From contig OZ220691.1 in the NCBI GenBank assembly GCA_965116475.1, positions 192,001-256,000 on the forward strand: 64,000 bases of DNA, read 5' to 3'. This document shows, piece after piece, positions 20,368 to 30,466 of the stretch. Made by a program: the position numbers and the translations under genes. Each line of letters opens with the position of its first letter. The first letter of the stretch is position 1. The stretch comes from Gemmatimonadota bacterium. Lineage in GTDB: Bacteria; Gemmatimonadota; Gemmatimonadetes; Palauibacterales; Palauibacteraceae. The notes beneath the pieces are model-generated. The model was not told the DNA's origin, made no database searches, and was given only the letters and a program-made list of their open reading frames with translations.

Positions 20368-21200
20368 CTATGGGTCGCGGGCAAGCGTCCACGCGACGCC
20401 CGCGCGGAGGTTCCAGTCGCCGCTCAGCGCCGTGGTTCCGTGACCGAGCCCGGCGTCGACGGCGAGCGGCCCGCGCCGCCATTCCACGGCCGCGCGGAGT
20501 TCTCCGAGGTCGCCGGTGCCGAGCGGGGACACCCTCCTCGTGCTGGCCCGGCCCCGCGTGCCGACCGACAGCCGCCAGTTTGGAGCCGCGTCCCACAGCG
20601 CTTCGAACGCGTAAGCGAACGCATCGTTCTGCTCGAAGGGCTCGATGGGCACCTCCAGGATGCCGACGCCGAACCAGCCGGTTGCGCGCCAGCGAGCGGA
20701 AACCCAGGAAAACAGGGCCGCGATCGTGACGTCGGTCGTGTTCGTGCCGATTCCCCTCGTTTCGTCGGAGTTCGGCAACTTGACTCCCACGTGCCCACCG
20801 GCCGAGAACCCCGCGGGTCCACCGAGAGGGGCGAGCGAAACGGCGAGTTCGAAGTCGCCCACATCGCGTGTGGTGCCATCTCGAACTGATGGGTCAAGCT
20901 CGATGGCGGGAGCCGGAGCTCGCGCCTCGATCGAGAGCACCTTCCGAGCCGCCCCCTTCAGTTCCAGCACGGCGTGCGGCCCGATCGCCCAGACGGCGTG
21001 AAGCACCGGGAAGGCGTTCAGGTCTCCTTGGAGTCCCGCCAGCGGAAAGGCAGCGTTCGTCGTGCGCGTGAAGCCGACGCCGATCAAGGCTTCGCCGTCC
21101 CCAAGGCCCACGGGCTGCACGAGAGCGTCGCGCTTCAGTTGCGCCGCCGCCGGGCCGCCGATGACGGCGGCGAGCGCCGCGGCAAGAAACGACGAGAGCC
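20368..21200 (-). CDS. Hypothetical secreted/outer-membrane beta-rich protein (start uncertain)
   Basis: The frame stays open upstream of the GTG at 21120 and encodes a signal-like SSFLAAALAAVIGGPAAAQ. Alternating beta-strand patterns; C-terminal AGVAWTL. Confidence 0.6.
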
Positions 21201-21275
21201 CGACGCGTGTCCGCCGGACTCTCGGGAACTGCGGCGAAGCGGACCGCCGGCGGGAAGCCGGCCGGCCAGCGCAAC

Positions 21276-21935
21276 TCAGCTTCGGGCCGCCTGCATGACG
21301 TCGTCCACATAGCCATCCAGCCGCGCCATGACCTCGATCGTATCGGCCTGCGTCTGGGCGTTGGCCACTTCTCGCACGAGGCTGAGGAGCAGTCCGCGGA
21401 CCGCGGCCGCGTCCCCGTCTCCCACTGACGGCGCCGCCGGGGGCGGGGCCGGAGCGGCAGGGGCCGGCGCTGCGGCCGGCGCGGGCTCGGCCACCACCCG
21501 CGCGACCGCTTTCGGAGCCTCCGCGGCGGCCAGGCGGCGCTTCACCTGCAGCGGGTACTTCGCATGGAACTGCCGGGGCGACAACTCGGCGACCGAAGCA
21601 TCGATCTCACGGGCGCCAGCAAACAACTCCGCGTTCTTTACGTCGGGATTCCTCTTGAGCACGCGCGACACGTACGCCAGGACCGCGTCCCCCGCATCCC
21701 CCTTCGGGGCGGGCTGCCGCCGCGGCGCTTTCGCCTTCGCCCGAACCGCGCCTCCCGAGCCGGCACCGGCCAGACGGCGCTTGACCTGCAACGGATACTT
21801 CGCGTGGAACTGCCTCGGGTTCAGCTTCCCGATGGTCTTGTCTATGAGTTTCGCCCCCTCGAAAAGGGTCGCGTTCGAGACACCGGGATCGTTTTTCAAC
21901 TCCAGCTCTATGAACTCCATCACGTGCTCGTTCAT
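21276..21935 (-). CDS. Hypothetical protein with a duplicated ~45-aa module
   Basis: Two copies ending in PRQFHAKYPLQVKRRLA, separated by Ala/Lys/Pro linkers; own RBS and promoter. Confidence 0.85.
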   Translation of the reverse strand: MNEHVMEFIELELKNDPGVSNATLFEGAKLIDKTIGKLNPRQFHAKYPLQVKRRLAGAGSGGAVRAKAKAPRRQPAPKGDAGDAVLAYVSRVLKRNPDVKNAELFAGAREIDASVAELSPRQFHAKYPLQVKRRLAAAEAPKAVARVVAEPAPAAAPAPAAPAPPPAAPSVGDGDAAAVRGLLLSLVREVANAQTQADTIEVMARLDGYVDDVMQAARS

Positions 21936-22024
21936 TATGCCTCACGCCTCCTCGTACGGACCTGTGCACCGGACGATAGATGCCGGCGCACGTTCACGGT
22001 CATGTTTACGGTGTGGAATGATCC

Positions 22025-22053
22025 ATAATCTCCCGCGGTGCATTGCAAGTCAA
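22025..22053 (-). promoter_or_regulatory. Putative sigma70 promoter TTGACT-N17-GATTAT for the 21276-21935 gene
   Basis: Minus-strand -35 at 22053-22048 and -10 at 22030-22025 in an AT-richer intergenic region. Confidence 0.5.
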
Positions 22054-22181
22054 CTGTAAGGCAGATGATAGACGTACGGACCCCGCCAGGAGCGGCGAGG
22101 GCAAGCGCATCCGCGCGACACGGGCACGTGCCGCCGGCGCCTCGCTTTCTGCGGCTACCGCGCAGGCATAGCTTCCCGCCC

Positions 22182-24872
22182 ATGCAACTTCGATCGCTGT
22201 CCACGGGGCTCAGCGTGCTCGCGTGGTGCCTGCTCCCGGCGTTCGCACACGCCCAGGGGTCGCGCCTTCCCGGCGCGATCGAAGCGGGACTCATCCTCCG
22301 GCAGCTCGATGGCGTGAAGAGGGTCCTCGTCGTGGCGGCGCACCCGGACGACGAAGATACCGCCCTCCTGACGACGCTCGCGCGCGGCTGGGGCGTGGAG
22401 GCCGCCTACTTCTCGTTCACGCGAGGCGAGGGAGGCCAGAACCTCATCGGCACGGAACTCGGCGAGGGACTCGGCATCATCCGGTCGGGCGAACTGCTGG
22501 CCGCCCGCACGATCGACGGCGCGCAGCAGTTCTTCGGCCGCGCGTTCGATTTCGGCTACTCGAAGACGGCGGAGGAGACCTTCGAGAAGTGGCCGCGCGA
22601 GCGCGTTCTCTCCGACCTGGTGTGGACCATCCGGCGCTTCCGTCCCCATGTGCTCATCTCGATGTGGAGCGGGACCGAGCGGGACGGCCACGGGCATCAT
22701 CAGGTATCCGGCCTCCTCACGCGGGAGGCCTTCGACGCCGCGGGAGATGCGACGCGCTTCCCGGAACAGTTGGCGGCGGGCGCGGCCCCCTGGGCGCCGC
22801 TGAAACTCTACCGCCGCCCCCTCTTCGAGCTGGGCGCCACCGCGATCGAAATCGAGACGGGCGTACTCGATCCCCTGCTCGGCCTCACGCACCACCAGGT
22901 CGCGATGGACAGCCGCAGCCAGCACCGCTCGCAGGATTTCGGCACGGCTCTGCCGCTCGGACCCCGTGCCGCGCGCCTCTCGCTCGTGTCCTCGCGGGTC
23001 GGCGGGTCTCCGACGGACCCGCTGCTGGCCGGCATCGACACCACGCTGGCAAGTCTGGCGACCGGCCTTGGCGAGACCGCGCAGGCGGACGTTCGTTCGT
23101 ACCGGGAGGCGATCGGCCGCGGCGGCGGGTCGCTGAACGCGACGACCCCGGAGATCGCCCTGCCCTTCCTCGCCGAGGCGCAGCGGCGACTGGAGCGGCT
23201 CCGCGCCGCCGCGCGCACCGGGGGCGAGAGCGAGCTGCGGCGCGAACTCGACCGCCGCGCGCGCCTGCTGATGCGGGCGATCCTCGCGGTGGCCGGCGTG
23301 CGGGTGGAGCTGCGGGCGCGGGACGATGTCCTGGTCCCGGGACAGGTCGTACTCGTCGAGGCGCGCGTCTCAAGCGGGGCCGGCGCCGCCCTCGAACTCG
23401 ATCCGCCGGTCATCGAAGTCGCCCCCGGGTGGTCGGTCGAGGGCCTGGGGCCGGACGTCGAAACGGAGCCTGACGACCTGGGGCCGTTCGCCCGTTTCTT
23501 CCAGCAGGAGGACACCGTCTTCGACCCATCGGCCCGGGCGCGGATCGGGCCGGGGGAACTCGGGCTGTGGCGTTACGCCGTCACGGTGCCCGCGGACGCG
23601 CCGCCGGCTTCCCCGTGGTTCCTCGAACATCCGCGGGACGGCGACCTGTACGACTGGCCCGCGGAGCCCGACCTGCGCGCGCGCCCGTTCCGTCCCCCAC
23701 CCCTTCACGGCCGAGTGGCTGCGGTCGTGTCGGCGGCCGGCGAACGATTCGACATCGAGGTCGAGGATCCGGTGCGCCATCGGGCGGTGGACGGCGTAAC
23801 GGGTGAAAGCTGGCGGCCGCTGCAGGTGGCGCCGCGCGTATCGGTCGCGGCGACGGCGCCTACGCTGATCTGGCCCCGCGGCAACCGGGATCCACGCGTC
23901 ATCGCCTTCCGCATCTCGAGTTTCGCCCGAAACGTCACGGCGGGGGAGATCGGGCTCGACCTGCCGCCCGGATGGCGCGCGGCGCCCGAGACGACGGCAT
24001 TCGAGCTCGCTGGAGAAGGCGCGGTGCAGACGGTCGGCTTCACCGTCGAGCCCCCGGCGGACGAGGCGGATGGGGAGTTCTTCGCGCGGCCGCGGATCCG
24101 GATCGCCGGCGCCGACGTCCCCGCCACGCATGCGGCGATCATCGACTATCCGCACCTCGAGCCCCGGCTCCTGACCGGCGAGGCGGCCGTGCGCATCGTG
24201 CGCTTCCCCGTTCGCGTCGCGGATCGGCGCATCGGATACGTGATGGGTTCCGGCGATGACGGGCCCGAAGCCATCCGGCAGCTCGGGCTGGACGTCGAAC
24301 TCATCGAGCCGGGCGACTGGCAAGCCGGGCGGCTCGACCGGTTCGACACGATCGTGCTCGGGATCCGGGCCTACGAGGTACGCGAGGATCTCATTGCAGC
24401 CAACGCGGAGTTGCTCGCGTGGGCGGAGCGCGGAGGCACCGTCGTCGTCCAGTACAACCGGTACGAGTTCAACCGGGGGGCGTACGCCCCGTACCCGATC
24501 GCGATCGGCCGCCCCGCCCCCCGCGTCACCGAGGAGGACGCCGCCGTGACGCTCGCCGACCCCCGGGCGCCGGTACTCGTCGAGCCCAACCGTCTCGGCC
24601 CAGCCGACTTCGAAGGCTGGGTCCAGGAGCGCGGGCTGTATTTCCCGGATGCCTGGGACGAGAGATACCAGGCGCCGCTGGAGATGGCCGACACGGGTGA
24701 ACCACCGAGCCGCGGCAGCCTGCTCGCCGCCCCGGTGGGCCGCGGACTCTACATTCACACATCACTCTCCTTCTTCCGGCAACTGCGCGCGGGCGTGCCG
24801 GGCGCCTTCCGGCTATGGGCGAACCTGCTCTCCCTCGACGGGAGCCGCTGGCGCGAGATCGCCGCCCCGTGA
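22182..24872 (+). CDS. Secreted PIG-L family deacetylase with C-terminal Ig-like and GAT-like domains
   Basis: AAHPDDED, TRGEGGQN, DFGYSK and GHGHH; C-terminal IGYVMGSGD...WVQERGLY; signal peptide. Confidence 0.9.
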   Translation: MQLRSLSTGLSVLAWCLLPAFAHAQGSRLPGAIEAGLILRQLDGVKRVLVVAAHPDDEDTALLTTLARGWGVEAAYFSFTRGEGGQNLIGTELGEGLGIIRSGELLAARTIDGAQQFFGRAFDFGYSKTAEETFEKWPRERVLSDLVWTIRRFRPHVLISMWSGTERDGHGHHQVSGLLTREAFDAAGDATRFPEQLAAGAAPWAPLKLYRRPLFELGATAIEIETGVLDPLLGLTHHQVAMDSRSQHRSQDFGTALPLGPRAARLSLVSSRVGGSPTDPLLAGIDTTLASLATGLGETAQADVRSYREAIGRGGGSLNATTPEIALPFLAEAQRRLERLRAAARTGGESELRRELDRRARLLMRAILAVAGVRVELRARDDVLVPGQVVLVEARVSSGAGAALELDPPVIEVAPGWSVEGLGPDVETEPDDLGPFARFFQQEDTVFDPSARARIGPGELGLWRYAVTVPADAPPASPWFLEHPRDGDLYDWPAEPDLRARPFRPPPLHGRVAAVVSAAGERFDIEVEDPVRHRAVDGVTGESWRPLQVAPRVSVAATAPTLIWPRGNRDPRVIAFRISSFARNVTAGEIGLDLPPGWRAAPETTAFELAGEGAVQTVGFTVEPPADEADGEFFARPRIRIAGADVPATHAAIIDYPHLEPRLLTGEAAVRIVRFPVRVADRRIGYVMGSGDDGPEAIRQLGLDVELIEPGDWQAGRLDRFDTIVLGIRAYEVREDLIAANAELLAWAERGGTVVVQYNRYEFNRGAYAPYPIAIGRPAPRVTEEDAAVTLADPRAPVLVEPNRLGPADFEGWVQERGLYFPDAWDERYQAPLEMADTGEPPSRGSLLAAPVGRGLYIHTSLSFFRQLRAGVPGAFRLWANLLSLDGSRWREIAAP

Positions 24873-25033
24873 CGGAGCACCGCGACGAGACGGAGGATCG
24901 GGATGAGACGGAGGACCGGATCGGCCTCTTCCGTAGCTGGCGCGCGCTGTACGTGTCGGTGATCGTCTATACGGCCGGGCTGATCTTCCTCCTCTATCTC
25001 GCCACGCGCCTGCTCGACTTCAGGTTGCCGTGA
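24869..25033 (+). CDS. Small single-TM membrane protein upstream of the SSS transporter
   Basis: GTGA overlaps at both ends; FRSWRALYVSVIVYTAGLIFLLYLAT. Confidence 0.75.
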   Translation: MTEHRDETEDRDETEDRIGLFRSWRALYVSVIVYTAGLIFLLYLATRLLDFRLP

Positions 25034-26751
25034 GCGCTCTCGACTGGCTCGTCTTTGCCGTCTATTTCGGCGCCGTCGTCGCCTTCGCCTGGCGGCAGAG
25101 CCGAAAGAACCGCGGCGTCGAGGGCTTCTTTCTCGCGAACCGCCGACTGGGCTGGGGCGCCATCGGCCTCTCCGTCATGGCGACGCAGGCGAGCGCGATC
25201 ACGTATATCGGCACGACCGGACAGGCCTTCGACGACGGCATGGAGTTCGTCCAGTTCTATCTGGGCCAGCCGATCGCCATGGTCATCCTCTGCGTCGTAT
25301 TCATCCCCTTCTTCTATCGCTCGAAGGTCTTCACCGCCTACGAGTACCTCGAACGCCGCTTCGACCCCAGAACGCGGTCGCTGACGAGTTTTCTCTTTCT
25401 CGTGTCGCGCGGACTCTCGGCGGGGATCGTCCTCTACGCCCCGGCCATCGTCCTTTCCGTCATCATGGGTTGGGACGAGCGCGTGACGATTCTCGTCATG
25501 GGGCTGATCACTGTGGCCTATACGATCATGGGGGGCATCACAGCCGTCATCTGGACGGATGTGCTGCAGATGATCGTCATGTTCGCCGGCATCGGGATCG
25601 CGATCGTAGCGCTGTTCGCGACATTGCCCGAGGGCGTGGGCGTCGGCGACGTGGCGTATATCGGCGGGATTCACGAGATGTGGCGCAGCATCGACCTCTC
25701 CTGGGATCCGACGAATCGCTACACGCTGTGGTCCGGACTCATCGGAGGGCTGTTCCTCGCCCTCGGCTACTTCGGGACCGACCAGAGCCAGGTCCAGCGC
25801 TACCTCACGGCGAGTTCGCTCCGCCAGAGCCGTCTTTCCCTCATCTTCAACGCCTTCGTCAAGGTTCCGATGCAGGTCTTCATCCTCGCCATCGGCGTCC
25901 TCCTCTATGTCTTCTACCACTTCGAGCGTCCCCCGCTCGTCTTCAATTCGGCGGAGGCGGCCATGGTCCGGGAGAGTCCCCGCGCCGATGCCTTTGCCGC
26001 GCTGGAGGCCGAACACGAGCGGACACACGAATTGCGCCGGGAAAGCACCCTCGCGGTGCTGGAGGCTCGCCGCGCCGGCGACGACCCCGCGGCGCTGCAG
26101 GGCCGGATCGCGGCGTACGATGACGAACTGGAGCGGCTCAGGGAGACGTCGAAGTCGCTCGTGTCCGAGGTGCGCGGAGCCTCGTCGAACGATGTGAACT
26201 ACGTCTTCCCGTCCTATCTCATTGCCTATGTTCCCGCCGGTATCCTGGGACTGCTGATCGCCGTCATCTTCGCGGCCGCAATGTCTTCGCTGGACTCCGA
26301 ACTGACGGCCCTGTCCAGCGCGACCGTGATCGACTTCTACCGAAGGTACGTGAAACCGGAGGGGACGGACGCCCACTATCTGCTCGTCTCCCGGCTCGCC
26401 ACGCTGGGGTGGGGCGGATTCGCCGTGCTCTTCGCGCTGTACGCCGGGCAACTGGGGTCGCTCGTCGAAGCGGTCAACGAAGTCGGCTCGATCTTCTACG
26501 GCGCGCTCCTGGGGGTCTTCCTGCTCGCGTTTCTGGTGAAGCGGGCGACGGCGGCGGGCGCCTTCTACGGGCTGATCTTCTCGATGCTCGCCGTGCTCGC
26601 CGTGTCGCGCTTCACGGAGATCGCGTGGCTGTGGTACAACGTCGTCGGTACGCTGGCCGTTCTCGCGGTGGGCCTCGCGCTGCGCCGGCGGGAACCCGGG
26701 GAGCCCGGGGCGCCGGGGGCGCGGCGAGGGTCCGCGGCCGCCGCGGGATGA
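25030..26751 (+). CDS. Sodium:solute symporter (SSS family)
   Basis: GLSVMATQASAITY, TAYEYLERRF, GTDQSQVQRYL and IFAAAMSS; about 13 TM segments. Confidence 0.93.
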   Translation: MSALDWLVFAVYFGAVVAFAWRQSRKNRGVEGFFLANRRLGWGAIGLSVMATQASAITYIGTTGQAFDDGMEFVQFYLGQPIAMVILCVVFIPFFYRSKVFTAYEYLERRFDPRTRSLTSFLFLVSRGLSAGIVLYAPAIVLSVIMGWDERVTILVMGLITVAYTIMGGITAVIWTDVLQMIVMFAGIGIAIVALFATLPEGVGVGDVAYIGGIHEMWRSIDLSWDPTNRYTLWSGLIGGLFLALGYFGTDQSQVQRYLTASSLRQSRLSLIFNAFVKVPMQVFILAIGVLLYVFYHFERPPLVFNSAEAAMVRESPRADAFAALEAEHERTHELRRESTLAVLEARRAGDDPAALQGRIAAYDDELERLRETSKSLVSEVRGASSNDVNYVFPSYLIAYVPAGILGLLIAVIFAAAMSSLDSELTALSSATVIDFYRRYVKPEGTDAHYLLVSRLATLGWGGFAVLFALYAGQLGSLVEAVNEVGSIFYGALLGVFLLAFLVKRATAAGAFYGLIFSMLAVLAVSRFTEIAWLWYNVVGTLAVLAVGLALRRREPGEPGAPGARRGSAAAAG

Positions 26752-26857
26752 AGCGCTTCGCGGCGGGAACCATGCGCGGTACGGTTTTCCGCGGGCGGCG
26801 CGGGCGGTAGAGTCCCGGCTCTCGGAACCTCACTGAAACCTCATCGGGATGACACGG

Positions 26858-28525
26858 ATGCTCACGGACGTACAGATCGCCGAGGCTGCGACGCCCCGGC
26901 CCATCGGAGAGATCGGGGAGAAGATCGGGCTGGGGCTCGAGGAACTGGTGCCCTACGGCCACTACAAGGCGAAAGTCGACCCGGAATCCATCTTCAGGCG
27001 CGAGCCCGGATCGGGCCGGCTTGTCCTCGTCACGGGCATCACTCCGACGGCTGCGGGCGAGGGCAAGACGACCGTCTCGGTGGGACTCGCCGACGGCCTG
27101 CGCCGCGTGGGAGCGAACTCGGTGCTCTGCATTCGCGAGCCGAGTCTCGGCCCGGTGTTCGGCGTCAAGGGGGGCGCCGCCGGCGGTGGATACTCGCAGG
27201 TGATCCCCATGGCGGACATCAACCTCCACTTCACGGGGGACCTGCACGCGATCACCTCGGCGCACGCGCTCCTCTCGGCCGCGCTGGACAACCATCTGCA
27301 GCAGGGGAACCGGCTCGGGATCGACCCGCGCCAGATCACCTGGCGGCGCGCCGTCGACATGAACGACCGCGCGCTGCGGAACATCGTCGTCGGGCTCGGG
27401 GGCCGGATCAACGGCGTGCCGCGCGAGGACGGCTTCATGATCACGGCCGCCTCGGAGGTGATGGCGATCTTCTGTCTCGCCGCCAGCCTCGAGGATCTGG
27501 AGGAGCGGCTGAGCAGCATCATCGTGGGATACGACTACGGCGGGGAGCCGGTGCGGGCGCGCGAACTGAATGTGGCGGGCGCGATGACGCTGTTGCTGCG
27601 GGAGGCGATCGGCCCGAACCTCGTTCAGACGCTCGAGGGAACGCCCGCCTTCGTCCACGGCGGGCCGTTCGCGAACATCGCCCACGGCTGCAATTCGCTC
27701 ATGGCGACGCGTGCCGGGTTGGCCTTCGGCGACATCGCCGTCACGGAGGCGGGGTTCGGCTCGGACCTCGGGGCCGAGAAGTTCTTCGACATCAAGTGCC
27801 GGACGGGCGGATTGAACCCGGAGGCCACCGTGCTCGTGGCCACGATCCGCGCCCTCAAGCTGCACGGCGGGGGCGACCGCACGGCGCTCTCGACGCCGGA
27901 TACCGACGCCGTCCGCGGCGGGCTCGCGAACCTCGGCGCGCACGTCGAGAACATCCGGGGCTTCGGGATCGAGCCGGTGGTGGCGATCAACGTGTTCGGG
28001 ACGGACTCCGACGAGGAGATCGAGGCGGTGGCCGAGGCGTGCGAGGAACTGGGCGCGCCCTGGGCCCGCTCCGACGGCCATGCGCTGGGCGGCGCCGGCT
28101 GCGAAGACCTGGCCCGCGCGGTCCTGGCGGCGCTGGACGAAGGGGGCGCCGCCTTCGCGCCGAAATACGATGCGAAGGCTTCGATCCGGAACAAGATCGA
28201 GGCGATCGCCCGGAAGGTGTACGGAGCGGACGGCGTCGATTATGCGGCGCGCGCCGCGAAGGACATCCGGCAACTCGAGGCGGCCGGGCTCGGGGATACG
28301 CCCGTCTGCATCGCGAAGACGCCGAACAGCCTGAGCGACGACCCGGCGCGCCTCGGACGGCCGACCGGCTTCCGCATCACGGTTCAGGACGTGCGTCCCT
28401 CGGCGGGGGCGGGCTTCGTCGTGGCCAGGGCCGGCACCGTCATGACGATGCCGGGGCTCCCGCGCGTGCCCGCCGCGGAGGGGATCCGGATCGTCGAGGA
28501 CGGGAGCGTGGTCGGGCTCTTCTGA
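26858..28525 (+). CDS. fhs: Formate--tetrahydrofolate ligase
   Basis: TPTAAGEGKTT, REPSLGPVFGVKGGAAGGG, NLHFTGD, HGGPFANIAHG, EKFFDIKCR and TMPGLP. Confidence 0.97.
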   Translation: MLTDVQIAEAATPRPIGEIGEKIGLGLEELVPYGHYKAKVDPESIFRREPGSGRLVLVTGITPTAAGEGKTTVSVGLADGLRRVGANSVLCIREPSLGPVFGVKGGAAGGGYSQVIPMADINLHFTGDLHAITSAHALLSAALDNHLQQGNRLGIDPRQITWRRAVDMNDRALRNIVVGLGGRINGVPREDGFMITAASEVMAIFCLAASLEDLEERLSSIIVGYDYGGEPVRARELNVAGAMTLLLREAIGPNLVQTLEGTPAFVHGGPFANIAHGCNSLMATRAGLAFGDIAVTEAGFGSDLGAEKFFDIKCRTGGLNPEATVLVATIRALKLHGGGDRTALSTPDTDAVRGGLANLGAHVENIRGFGIEPVVAINVFGTDSDEEIEAVAEACEELGAPWARSDGHALGGAGCEDLARAVLAALDEGGAAFAPKYDAKASIRNKIEAIARKVYGADGVDYAARAAKDIRQLEAAGLGDTPVCIAKTPNSLSDDPARLGRPTGFRITVQDVRPSAGAGFVVARAGTVMTMPGLPRVPAAEGIRIVEDGSVVGLF

Positions 28526-28565
28526 GCCGCCTGCGACGCGTGGGACGCCTGAGACGCCTGACACG

Positions 28566-30335
28566 ATGATCGAGATCGACCTCTCCGCCGGCCCCCACAT
28601 GGAGGGCGTGGAGCGCCGGCTCCGGGAATGGGCCGCGGAGGACGCGGTGACCCGGCTCTGGCGGCGGGATCCGACGCTGTGGAGCGCGGACCCGGACGCG
28701 CCGGAACTGGCCGACCGGCTCGGCTGGCTGGGCCTCCCGGAGATGTCTCCCGGGGCGCTCGGCCCGCTCGAAGAGTTGCGCGCGGGCGTGCCCTTCTGGT
28801 TCACCGATCTCGTGCTGCTCGGCATGGGCGGCTCCAGCCTCGCGCCCGAGGTGATCGCGCGCACGATGTCGGGCACGATGCCGGGCGAGGGGCTGCCCCT
28901 CACGCTCGTGGATACGACGCATCCCGGTGCGCTCCGCGACCTCGAGTGGCTGCGTCCGGCGAACACGATCTTCGTCGTCTCCAGCAAGTCGGGCACGACC
29001 GTCGAGACCCTCTCGCTATTCCGCCACTTCTGGTCGCGGACGGCGGAGGTCGTGGAGGATCCCGGGGCGCACTTCATCGCGATCACGGACCCCGGGGCCC
29101 GGCTTGCCGAACTCGGCCGCGCGCGGGGGTTCCGCGCCGTGTTCGAGGCGCCTCCCGACGTGGGCGGCCGCTTCTCGGCCTTGAGCCCGTTCGGCCTGGC
29201 GCCGGCCGCGCTCGCGGGCGCCGATGTCGCGGCCCTTCTCGCGGAGGCCACCGAGGCCGCCGATGCCTGCAGGGATGAGGCCCACGACAACCCGGGCCTG
29301 CTCCTCGGCGCGGCGCTCGGAGAACTCGCGCTCGCGGGGCGCGACAAGCTCACCTTCATCGCCGCGTCCGACTGGGGGGCGTTTCCGGACTGGGCGGAGC
29401 AGCTCGTCGCCGAAAGCACCGGCAAGGAGGGCCGGGGCATCGTGCCGGTCGTCGCCGAGCCCCCGCGGCCGCCAGACGAGTACGGCGAGGACCGGGTCTT
29501 CGTCGGCCTCCTTCTCGACGGGGACGCGGCCCGCGAAGCGGAGCAATGGGGGGAGGCCGATGAGTCGCCCGGCCTCCTGGACGCGCTCGACGCGGCCGGA
29601 CACCCGACGCTGCGCATCCGGCTCGAGCGGCCGGAGGAACTCGGCGCGCTTTTCTTCGTCTGGGAAGTGGGCGTGGCCATGGCCGGCGCCGTCCTCGGCA
29701 TCCATCCCTTCAACCAGCCGGACGTACAGCTCGCCAAGCGCTTGGCGCGTCAAGCGATGGGGGGTGAAGCCGCCCCCGGCGAAGGCTCGGTGGACGCGGG
29801 GTCGGCGGAAGACGCGGAGATCTCCGACGCGGACGAGATCGACCTCGTGTGGGAGGTCCCGCAGTTCGGACACGCGCCGCCGCGCACGCCCGTAGCGCCC
29901 GACCTGGATGGGATCCGCGCGCGTATGGGAGATTTCCTCTCCGCGGTCGCCCCGACGGACTACATCGCCGTGCAGGCGTTCCTCGCGGGAGGCGAAGCCG
30001 AGGAGGAGCTGCTCGGTACGCTACGCGCCGCCCTCGCGGGGGCCACGGGCGCGACGACCACACTGGGCCATGGCCCGCGCTTCCTGCATTCGACCGGACA
30101 ATTGCACAAGGGGGGCGCGGACAACGGCGTCTTCCTGCAACTCGTCGACGACGCCGGCGAGCACGTCCACGTCCCCGAGACGGACTTCACCTTCCGCCAA
30201 CTGATCCGGGCGCAGGCGCTGGGAGACATCGAGGCCCTCGGCCGATGCGACCGCCGGGCGCTCCGGGTCCGTGTCGGCGGCCCCGAAGGCCTCGGCCTGC
30301 GTCGCCTCATCCAACTCGTCGAGGAGTCCCCCTAG
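28566..30335 (+). CDS. pgi: Glucose-6-phosphate isomerase (type resembling the PGI half of Tal-Pgi fusions)
   Basis: LLGMGGSSL, SSKSGTTVET, DVGGRFSAL, EQLVAESTGK, HPFNQPDV and HSTGQLHKGG. Confidence 0.9.
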   Translation: MIEIDLSAGPHMEGVERRLREWAAEDAVTRLWRRDPTLWSADPDAPELADRLGWLGLPEMSPGALGPLEELRAGVPFWFTDLVLLGMGGSSLAPEVIARTMSGTMPGEGLPLTLVDTTHPGALRDLEWLRPANTIFVVSSKSGTTVETLSLFRHFWSRTAEVVEDPGAHFIAITDPGARLAELGRARGFRAVFEAPPDVGGRFSALSPFGLAPAALAGADVAALLAEATEAADACRDEAHDNPGLLLGAALGELALAGRDKLTFIAASDWGAFPDWAEQLVAESTGKEGRGIVPVVAEPPRPPDEYGEDRVFVGLLLDGDAAREAEQWGEADESPGLLDALDAAGHPTLRIRLERPEELGALFFVWEVGVAMAGAVLGIHPFNQPDVQLAKRLARQAMGGEAAPGEGSVDAGSAEDAEISDADEIDLVWEVPQFGHAPPRTPVAPDLDGIRARMGDFLSAVAPTDYIAVQAFLAGGEAEEELLGTLRAALAGATGATTTLGHGPRFLHSTGQLHKGGADNGVFLQLVDDAGEHVHVPETDFTFRQLIRAQALGDIEALGRCDRRALRVRVGGPEGLGLRRLIQLVEESP

Positions 30336-30409
30336 CCCTGCACCGATTTCGTCAAAGATTCACCGATATTGCATCTACCCGACGACCGTTGCTGCCGCGT
30401 AGCGTCCAT

Positions 30410-30436
30410 GAGCGAGTCCCGGGAGCGAGTCCCGGG
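30410..30436. repeat. 13-bp tandem duplication GAGCGAGTCCCGG x2
   Basis: Directly visible upstream of the Cys-rich gene. Confidence 0.75.
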
Positions 30437-30466
30437 CAACGACCACCCCACGCCCGGGAGGCATGC

